From the NCBI GenBank assembly GCA_020536535.1, contig JAHLWZ010000802.1, forward strand, positions 62,001 to 126,000: 64,000 nt of DNA. The letters are read 5' to 3'. Origin of the DNA: Pelomyxa schiedti. Lineage: Eukaryota > Protista > Evosea. The position numbers and the translations under genes were made by a program. Positions 12,886 through 22,416 of this stretch are shown here, piece after piece; within the stretch, counting starts at the first letter, position 1, and each line of letters starts with the position of its first letter. The notes beneath the pieces are model-generated. The model saw only the letters and a list, made by a program, of their open reading frames with translations, was not told where the DNA came from and did not search any database.

Positions 12886-15254
12886 TCACCCCCTATTTCC
12901 ATTTTCTTCTTTCTTTTGGTTGAAAAATACGTAGAACGAGTTCTTTACTACTGGAGGTACATTGCTCTTACCTAATTGCATTAGACAATTCCCAAGTTCC
13001 CAAGCGGGGTGTACCTCGGGCAACTTGATTTGCATAACCTTCAAAGTGCTTGTAGAATATTGAATCAATCGAGAGAGAAATATTTGTTTCATGCACTACA
13101 ATTTTCCGAAGTTTGCCGCGGTTTGCAACCTAGTTTTCTATCAGTTAAGATAAGCAGAAATAAAACGGAGCAGACATTTATGTCATGGTCGCTTTCTAAG
13201 CCTGTTACATCAGCAAAATGGATCAATGCGTGTTCTTGGCGCAATTTTTTTCTATCCTGAAATACTGTATGTTAATAAAACACACAAATGCAGAAAAAGT
13301 CAAAAACCTTGTATAGTGCAGATAAGATACGGAGATTTGCGGTATATGCTGGTATGGATTGCAGCAAAACGTTTGCAAACGTTGATAACCCATGGCACCC
13401 TGCATCCAAGTAAGGCACCCCAAATCCTAGTCTGTACGCATAAAGCCTCCTGAACCAGTTTCCCGGGAAATGGAAATGTACAGTACGGACAAATTCGTCA
13501 GAAAAATGAAGGGGTTCCGGCTCTCGAACATCTGAGAAATCCCTAAAAATGCACATGTCCTCCTTCTGAGATACCACTTCCATTCCGGTTCTGATGATTG
13601 CAGTCGGAGAGAACCATGCAGGACGCACGGACTGCCGTTTTTTGGGTAGTTTTATGTCCTCTTCGCTTTCACTGCCTTCATCCCCATCATCCTCGTCATC
13701 GTCACTACCACTGTTGTCAGAGTAATAATCACTGTCATCTTCATCATTGTTATCTTCATCACTGTCATCTTCATCACTGCCATCTTCATCGTCATCGTCT
13801 TCATCCTCATTTTTTTCGTTGTCATCCTTAACTTTGTCTTCATCATCATCTTTATAGTAATCTTCGTCATCCTCTCCCTCTACATCATTGTCTTCTTCCT
13901 CTTCGGCAGCATCTCCTTGGTCCTCATCTTCACCATTTCCCTCTGCATCTTCGTATGCCTCCTCATTTTTACTTTCCTCCTGGCGCACATCTTCCTCTTT
14001 CTTTTCTTTGTCCTCTTCCTGGCCTGCGGGTTTTCCAGTGGAATTTATGTCGACATTTCTTTCTTGTTCTGTGGTGTTGCATGGTACTATTGGAAATAGC
14101 TTGTATTCTGCTGGTTTAAAGAGAACCCGGGCGGGATCCCTGGAAGACACTTTGCATGCTGGGTGATTTTGTTCACCAGGCTTGCTGAGTGGGGTACTGG
14201 AAAACAACTTACTTGGTTTCCACAAAGATTTTGGGATTTTCTTGACCTTCTCGCCTTGACAAATGGCATTGTCAATTGCAACTAGTTTTTCCTGGCCTTG
14301 AATCACGGTAGTCTCTGCAAGACTTTTGCTTAAAACATTCAGTCCTTCTTGGGGAAGGTCGCCATCGCTGTTATTGACATGGCTGCCCAAAGGAATTTCA
14401 GAGAGTGAAAAGCTGTTTTGTAGTTGAGCAGACACTCCAAGGCCGGAAGGCAAGAGAGGTGGCTGACATCGCATTTGATTGGGTTGTGGTTGCACAACAG
14501 TTCTGCACTTCTTTCTTGGAGATTGACTTATGGGTGAGAACGAAGACATCCATGAAGGGGAACCAGAAATGGCATCAACCCCACCGTCGACGTCCCCCAC
14601 ACTATCACCATCGATGCCACTGCTCCCAATCCTGCTACTACTACTACTACTAGTCGTAGTGGCAGTTGTAGTTGTAGCTACACCACACTGCTCTTCAGCC
14701 AGAGTAGTGGGCGACACCGATTCCTCGGTGAGGTCCACAACCACCACAGCAGGGTCCCTCTTCGTCCACGCCATTCGCCCGCACCCGCACCCATAGTTAG
14801 GCGCGCACTCGTGTGTGCCAAACGCCGGGGTAGCCGCCTTGGCCCCGCAGCAATCGCATTCCTGCCTCCTCCCCGCCGCCGCGGCCTGGCTGCCCGCGCG
14901 GCCCCCGCTCTGCTGCTGCCCCCGCAGTGGTGTGCTCTCCACCTTGGGGCAGGGCTTCGTGTAGGCCTGCAGAGGGGGGGCACCGGGGGGCGGGCACGTG
15001 GCCCAGCACCGCGGGGTGGTGTCCGTGTCGCCGTCGCCGGGAGCGGGAGCGGGAGTGGGGGCACTCGAAAAGCACGGGAGCAGGTGTATGGCCGCTCGGA
15101 TGCGGACCAGCTGGCCTGTCTTTAGACCCATGCGGACCAGGTCGTCCTGGGTGAGCAGGGCCACAGTCGACATGCTGTCTACCAACTCGGCCTCAAACAT
15201 GCCGATGCACCCTTGGCACCCTATGTCTGTCAGCCACTGCCGCACCTCATCCAT
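12886..15254 (-). CDS. SAM-domain protein with acidic linker and uncharacterised C-terminal domain (paralog 1)
   Basis: N-terminal SAM MDEVRQWLTDIGCQGCIGMFEAELVDSMSTVALLTQDDLVRMGLKTGQLVRI; D/E tract; C-terminal FPGNWFRRLYAYRLGF..YLDAGCHGLSTF; introns 13257-13307, 13130-13175, 12972-13014. Confidence 0.85.
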
Positions 15255-15472
15255 GGTGTGGTTTTCGAACGCGACGAATATACGGCAGGAAAAGAAGGGT
15301 TTGGTTTCGGTTTTGGTTTTTATGTTGTTATTTATTTGTTTTTTGTCCAAATGAACACAATTGAAAGGGAGCCGCTTGGCTTGGCAAAAGCAAAGTGGCA
15401 AGCGTTTTTGCCACCGGCTGGTATTCACTGCTTGTGAGCATCAGGGGGTGGGGAATCGCCCTTCCAACAATT

Positions 15473-16126
15473 TTACAAGCCGGAGTTGGCAACGTTCCCA
15501 GAGTAGTTGGCTCCACCGGCCTTGATCAATTGTGTGCGGACCTTGCTCTCCTCAAGGTCGTCAGTGGTTGTGCCGTGAACAGCCAAAGCGAAGTTCTGGA
15601 TAACAACCAGTTAGGAGAAATGAACAAGCCTCACTGTGTAATCTACAAAATAAAGACAAGGGGGCATACCGCGAAAACGCCCTGAAGAGCTGGCTTGTGA
15701 ACGCTGACCTTGGCGCGCTTGATTGGGGAGACTCGCTCGCCTACCCATGAAATGAAGACGAACTTGGCGCGTTTGCTCTCAGCATCTCCGGTGATGCTAT
15801 TTGTATTATTGTTTGTAAGTGTGAAGGATGCGTAGGGGTTAAACTTACAATCTGGCGAAGGCGTAGAGGCACTGGTCCTCCTTGAGCTCAGCGAGGAGCT
15901 CCTCGTATGGTCCCTCACTCTTCCTCACAACGACAATCTTGTTGCTGTTGGGTCCTGGATAGCCGCAAAGAACCCTAATGGAAACCATCAAACACAGAAC
16001 AAAAAACCAAAACACATCGCCAACGGGGGGAAAAAAACGAGGCGAAACGAACCAGTTTGTGGGTGTGGCATCAGAGCGGACGTCTTTGTATGCCTCAACA
16101 AGTGCGGGATCTGATACGTCGGCCAT
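15473..16126 (-). CDS. COTL1: Coactosin (ADF-H family actin-binding protein), 4 exons
   Basis: AYKDVRSDATPTNW, LKEDQCLYAFARL, TGDAESKRAKFVFISWVGERV, RAKVSVHK, KAGGANY are coactosin hallmarks; TAA at 15473-15475. Confidence 0.92.
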
Positions 16127-16455
16127 TGTTGTTGATGGTAAAAAAAAACGAGTTGGTGAACGGAGAGATGCTGCTTAAGATCGGATTGTTTTTTATTTTG
16201 TGTTTTCCTTCGTGTTGGTTCTTTTTAAAGCCGGGAAAAAAATCCAAGGGTTTTTTGCGAAAACCGTTTCAGGCAAGGCCAAAAAGAAACCAAAAATAAC
16301 CCTCAAAAATATCAAATCTTCTTGAGACGGGGCAGCAGGTGCTTTTGTGACCAAAAAAAGCACGTGCAAAGCGAGACTTTTTTTTTTGTGTACCAAAAAA
16401 GACCCTGAAGGCAGAACACAAAACAAAGAGCGTTGACTGTTTCGTCCTTGCAGCT

Positions 16456-18485
16456 TCAGTAGAAGTCCTGTGTTATACGTTTGTACAGTTGAATGTCTCT
16501 GGGCATGATAGTCATACGACCAGTGTGAACAGAGCAAGCTAATGAGCCAGCGTGCACTTTGGTAATATACTGTTCGGCTGCTTGCTGTAGGACCGTTGTT
16601 GCATCGTTGGAGAGTGTAATCAGGTCCGCGGGTTGTATGTCTGCGTCTCCGAGTGGAAGTGGCGGCAGAGATAATGCGTTGGCTGTTGTGGTTGTGGTAG
16701 CCGTTGTGCATGTGGGACTTGTAGTTGTAGTTGTAGCTGTAGCTGTAGGGGAAGTATTCCTTCGCCGTCTCTTCACCTTGTCCTGTCATGTGGGGTAAGT
16801 TATTGAATCACTACTTGTGGGATTGTATGATGCTTACAGCTTGTGTAGTTTGGCAAATCTCCTCAGCGAGTCGTTTAAAGGCTGCATGTCCAAGTGTGAG
16901 ACTGCAGGAAGGTTGAGGAACATTTGAATTCCACAGTAGCCGCTGAGTGTTGCGGACATCTTTCACAAAGAGTTTGACCCTGTGGGAATGGATAGCTCCC
17001 AAGTTACTACTAGAAAACATGGACACAATATAGCTTTCAGCTACACAGAAGTTAAACTTTTACACATGGTGAAGTAATAACCTGCAGAGTGTATTGCATC
17101 GGATGCTTCTTCAGAAAAAGTGAAGCCTCCTGTGGCAAACTCGCTGCAATTGGAGGCCACTTCCTTTAGAGCAAAATTAAATAACTTCTTGTGCCAAGAT
17201 AAACCTGAAGTAAGCCTCGAAATTCCGACTTCGGTATAACTGGGGTGCCTGTACTTTGTATTGCCTTAATTTCTGCAAGGCATTGCTCATCTGTCTCTTG
17301 CCCACATTCGTCATCACTTCTGGTTTCCTCCTTTTCCTTTTGACTGACATCAGATTCAGAATTGGTTTCAGGCTGGTGGCATTCAGTTTCATTTTCATCT
17401 TCTTCTGGGAAGAGCGTTGGGAGAATATGTGGCAGAACTCCAGCATTAGGAAATATGTAGCCTCTAAAAATGTACTGCATCTCCGCATCTTCTTCAATTG
17501 ATAGCATTATATGTCGAGGAGTAATATCAGAACCTTATTTACGGTTTGTGCAGGAAGAGAAATAAATTAAACATACTTGAAGAGGATTGTGCTTTTTGCA
17601 AACAAAGGTACAAAAACTCGGATGCAATGTATTCCAGTCCTCCTAGTAAAAACCATGGAGCTAATTTTAATGAGATTTGAATTGCCACTGGCATTTGTCG
17701 CAACACCAGAGGCAGACCATGACGTCCCAGACTTCAAGTAAGTAACTAGGTGATGGGATGACAACAGAAATGCGACTCTCGAAATGTTGGTTTCTAGGAA
17801 GGATGACTGCTTTCTAACGCAGTTTTGTCCCTCCACAACCGAATAGTCATACAGCTGGGTACCAGAGTAAACGATTGACATGGCAGTGTCTAACAGAGGT
17901 ATATCCAGTTCTACGCGAGCGTGAATAGGTGAGTACAATGCCATTTAGGGTAGTACTACCAGAAGTTTTTGCAACCCCACGTGGAGGTACCTCTGTCAAC
18001 TCTTTTTCTATGATAATACAACAAGTGTCACAAATTCGTCGCGCTACTTCACGTAAAATATCCACCATAACAAGCCCTGCCTGGGGGTTCAAGCTGTGAC
18101 TCGAGGCCGTCTGTCCAACAAATGAGGGGGAAAAAAAAAGGGGGGGGGGGGGGGGGGGGGGGGAAGAAAAATAACGGAGCACATTGTGCAGTAGAAGAGA
18201 AAGCCCCTCAATTGGAAACCAAGATCTAAGGGCGGCCTCGAAGTTCGCTCTCTCATCCACAACACGCAACGAATCTAACGTAGTTACGACAGTGGGATCC
18301 CGGACTCGCGTCTCGCCGTCGGCTGTTAAAGACGAAGAAAAAGGGCACTCGTCGTAGTGCAGTTCTTGCCCGCATAGGCGGTCGTCTTCTTCCGTCGGCT
18401 CCGAGATCTCCCTCCAAACGCGCTCGTTGTGCCGCGTTATTTCGGCCTCTTCGTTTTTGGCGTTTTGCGTGCTTTGCCTGCTCAT
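16456..18485 (-). CDS. Single-chain multi-histone protein with H2B-like, H2A-like, H3-like and H3-like folds (8 exons, 560 aa)
   Basis: Introns 18111-18182, 17911-17959, 17661-17706, 17534-17576, 17164-17204, 17041-17081, 16783-16837 give a 1683-nt stop-free CDS. H2B-like LHNTASSHSLNPQAGLVMVDILREVARRI and TAMSIVYSG..SVVEGQNCVRK; H2A-like SAPWFLLGGLEYIASE, ITPRHIMLSIEEDAEM, AGVLPHILPTLFP; H3-like LAEIKAIQ..IPKSEFRGLLQEVA..AESYIVSMFSSSNLGAIHSHRV..KDV; second H3-like AAFKRLAEEICQ..LQQAAEQYI..HTGRMTIMPRDIQL. Confidence 0.85.
18140..18163. repeat. 24-nt G homopolymer (poly-C on the histone-gene sense strand, inside predicted intron 1)
   Basis: Direct reading of the sequence. Confidence 0.9.
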
Positions 18486-18615
18486 CGCCCAACCGACAAT
18501 CTTTTATCTCTTATCTTCAGTTGGTCCAATTTTTTTTTTCTTTTTCGCGTTAAAATAATATCATTTTGGTTCATATTTCTAACAGATTCTAGATCCCCTC
18601 ATCACCTCAGCCACC
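18486..18615. promoter_or_regulatory. Probable bidirectional promoter shared by the multi-histone gene and PARG
   Basis: 130-bp AT-rich spacer between divergent start codons, containing a T-tract and a TTTTCGCG (E2F-like) element. Confidence 0.5.
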
Positions 18616-21600
18616 ACGGATACGCTCAGCCACCGCAAGGCGTCGTTCGCGACACCGGCCTCGCCCTTCATTTTCCACAGCCCCCTGCAGGAAGAGGAGG
18701 AGCCCTACCTCCTCGACGACCTGTACGACAACCGCTCCCCTCCCTACACGGCAAGCCCGCGGCGCCGGTCGGCCGGCTCGCCTAGGGACGCGGCCGCGCG
18801 CGGCGACGGCGCTTTCGCGTGTGACACCAACTTGGTCGGCGACGAAGACGAGCTTGGCTTTGGCGACGACCTCCCACAATCCCAGCCTGTGCCGAGGCGC
18901 GTCAGCCCCGAACCTCAGCGGTCTCTGACCCAGCCTCATCCCAAGTCCCACTCAGAATCCAACCCATCGACACCGACACCCACACAATCCCAATCCCAAT
19001 CACAATCACAATCACAATCACAATCACAAACCCAAACTCAGCCATCCGAGCAAAGCCGGCCCACGTCCACCAAGCCTAAATCTTGCAAGAGCCTCCCACA
19101 ATCACAATCCCAATCGCAGCCCCAGCCCCAGCCTCGGTCCCAATCTCAGCCTCAACCACAGCCTCAGCCTCAAACCCAGCCTCAGTCTCAGAACCAGCAC
19201 GGTGAGGCGAGAAAGCGGCCCCTTAGGCAAAGTACCCTTACGGAGATGTTTGGCAGAGCAACTTCGCTGAACTTGCCTTCCCGGAATGCGTGTGATGACA
19301 CAAGCAATTGCAAGAATGACTTGGGTGGAATCCTCACCTGCAGTTCTGATAGAACTTCTGCTCCAGGGGGCTGTCTCTTATCTTCTAACCAGGCCCCCGT
19401 CATACCCAGTGCGCCGGCTCGCGAGCGTGACAAGTCTGAGGCTGATGAGGCTGAGGCTGAGACTGAGGACGAGAACGAGAACGATAACGATAACGAGGGG
19501 TTGGAGCCACCTTTACCAAAGAAATATCGGCCTGATTTGCAGAAGAAAACCCCAATGGTGCTCCGAGGTAGCCCATTGCCAGTTTCACATAACTCCTCTG
19601 GAAAGCACAGATCCGCGAAGAGCACTAGAAATTATCTGTCCCAACCAGTGCGCTCGGTTGCTGCCTCTGAGGCGTGCTTGGAGGAAAACAGGGTCAAAGA
19701 TTCTGATGAATCGAGATGTTGCTCTAAAAATTCTTCTTCTACCTTGTCCACTCCCCCAAAGCTCAGCTGCACGGTATCTACAAGCACTTGTACATCAGTC
19801 ACAGGCATTCCAACCCCAGTTCTCGGCGAGTCGCACCCACCGCAGTTACTTACTGGAAAAGGTTCAACATCAACAGATACAACACACCTTACACCCGGGC
19901 CACTGCTCCCTTGTTCAACACCACCTGATGCTCTCTACAATTGCACAACACCAACTACTCCATTGCGTGCTCGCAACAGTCAAGCTCGCATCCCAACTTT
20001 AAGTACTGCTGCCAGTCCCAAGAGACGTCGCAGCTGCAGCATGTCTCCCGGGTACATCGACCCTACTTCTGGGATTCACAGTATGGAAAAATTAGCAGAT
20101 GCGGAGGCCAATCTTTCAAAATCCCATACTCCAGTTGAAGACTGGAGTACCAATTTCACTGTTAGGTCCGCGCCATCTTCCCCAGTTTCTGGACATAGCC
20201 ACACACATGAGAGGCCTCTGAAAACCATATATTCTTCATGTTGCAAGGACCTATTCTCAAGTAGCAAGCGCACAGACGCTTGGGATGAAATGCATGTGAG
20301 ATTACCTTGCTCTCCTAGGTAATTATTCTCCTGGGATAAAAAAAATATTCAAGATTCTTAGAAATATGGTTCGAACAGATTGTTTGATGTGGCCCTTTAT
20401 ATGCACACTTTTGAGTCAGCCGATTGGGTGCTCTCACAGACTAGAGGTTTAAATACCTTACTTAGTAAAGCACTCAACGAATTAGGAGATTATTTTCCTT
20501 CTCAATGTGCAATATAAAGCAATTTGGGATATGGGTGGCCTACACGAATACTGTATCAATGTTTATGAGCCCCATGCCTGTGCAGCACATAATTGCTTGT
20601 GCATCATGAAAGGTTTTTCCTTAGCAGTGGGGCAAATTGCATCTTTAGTCTGCAAGTTACCTGCTCTAGTAACTTCTCCCATTTCCTTACTGCGGTGTGA
20701 ATCACCCTTACGTTCTCTTTGTCGCCTAATATCATTCAGGAAAACAATGAAGACCTCTGTTGTTCTGTCGCAACTTCAAATAGCAAGCTTGTTGGTTCTT
20801 CTTCCTTTCAAATCTGACGGTAAATTAATATTGCACAGGCCAATTGCTTCTTTTGTACATTTCCTCGGCGCAATGCTTTAACAAGCGTATTCACTTACTT
20901 TTTGTTAAAGTTGAACTCAAAATTTAGAAGGACACAATAAAAACGGAGTACTCTGACTTCCCTTCTGTGAATTTTTCGACACTTTATCAGAGGCATGCGC
21001 AACATAAACTGCGATTCATTTTTCATTATTTTGAACGAGTGCCCAACTTGCAACAATGTATTCACACTTTCCAATTGTCCGTAAAATGAAAATGCAGCAG
21101 GTGATGTCAAATTTACTCGCCACCATCTATCAACCCCCCCAGATTGGAGGCAGAGCAGTACCCCTTTAGGGAATTTAGTACCACATCTCAGTGGATCAGT
21201 TAATTCTTTGTTCCTTTTTTCTTTCCCTTACCTTCGAAGATGGAAGAGTCTGTAACGGATTTGCTACCTTGTGACAGCTTGTTGGTAGACTTCGCAAATA
21301 AAAAAATCGGCGGAGGTGTTCTTGGAAAAGTACTCCTGCTCTTCCTCCCTCCCACCACAAATAAACTTTGTTTGCAGGGATCTGCTCAAGAAGAGACTCT
21401 TTTTCTGACTCACCCAGGCTGGTAGAAATTCGTACTTTCCTGTATCCATAACCTGACTAGCCAGAACTCCTAGTCAGCCGTCTACTATGCGAAGAGCTAA
21501 ATGATACAGAATGTGTGATAATTACTGGTGCCGAAAGGTTTTCTAGACACAGTGGATACTTGTCAGAACTTTCATGGCAAGGCCCATACAATGATAGCAC

Positions 21601-22293
21601 TCCTAGGTTGACTTCTAGGTTTTAACTCTGCTTTTTAATGTAACTTACAGGAATGGGTACAATCGAGTATGTGTCGACTTCTTCTTTTAGGAACCTTAAC
21701 CTTTGCAGCGGCGAAGACATATTGTAGCAATGGACGCTCTCGACTTCAACCGAGGAACCAGAAACATTGCTGAGTTCTCAAAAGAAGGTGTAGAGCGCGA
21801 ATTGAACAAGGCATATTGGTAATAATACAACGACACCATCTGTGCAATTCACGGAAACTTAGTGCGTTTTCATATACCGACGATGACATTCCCCCTGATT
21901 GCAAAATCGTCACTGGGTGTGCCCCTTCTAACTTACAGAAAAACAACAAACTAAAATGCCACAGGCACTGGGGCTGCGGTGTGTTTGGCGGCTCCAGGCA
22001 CCTCAAATCAATGATACAATACCTGGCCTCATCACATGCCGGCCGAACTCTCCACTATCACACGCAAGACTACGTCTTTGATGAAGAGTTGCAACAAGTG
22101 GTGACACACCTCCGTAACAGGAGGGTCACTGTAGGTTGGTTTGGCTCCTTACCTTTCCTTTTTCTCCCTGTTCATTCCAATCAAATAACAACAACATCTA
22201 GGCCAACTGTGGACCGCCATTATTGCCTTTTGTCAGGAAGTGCCCCGTGTGCCAAAAGCCAGTCTTTTCCATTGGATAATTGGCAACACCTAG
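18616..22293 (+). CDS. PARG: Poly(ADP-ribose) glycohydrolase (multi-exon; start codon probably ACG)
   Basis: HVRLPCSP, LLANCFFCTFPRRN, VDFANKKIGGGVLGKGSAQEE (GGG-x-QEE catalytic loop), HPELLVSRLLCEEL..EC..ITGAERFS, TGHWGCGVFGG..LKSMIQ; TAG at 22291-22293; start inferred (see findings). Confidence 0.92.
18980..19195 (+). repeat. Coding (CAATCA/CAGCCT)n repeat giving QS/QP dipeptide runs in the PARG N-terminus
   Basis: Direct reading: QSQSQSQSQSQSQTQTQ ... QPQPQPQPQTQPQSQ. Confidence 0.8.
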
Positions 22294-22416
22294 GAGTGTT
22301 GTTCATCATCATGTACAAAAGCAAAAACCAAAAAACTTTACGTGAACAACAAGGGCTCGCTCTTTCCGCATCTTCTAGAAAAATAGTAATAGTAGAACAA
22401 AACAAAGGGGCCTGTG

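Noticed and set aside
13385-13415. YLDAGCHG as class I methyltransferase motif I
   Set aside because: Lacks GxG spacing, and the downstream sequence looks helical without motifs II-IV; not supportable without a profile search
16456-18485. Cluster of separate degenerate histone pseudogenes, or an endogenous giant-virus insertion
   Set aside because: Fragments splice into one stop-free frame with consistent phases; flanking genes are ordinary intron-rich host genes with no viral hallmarks
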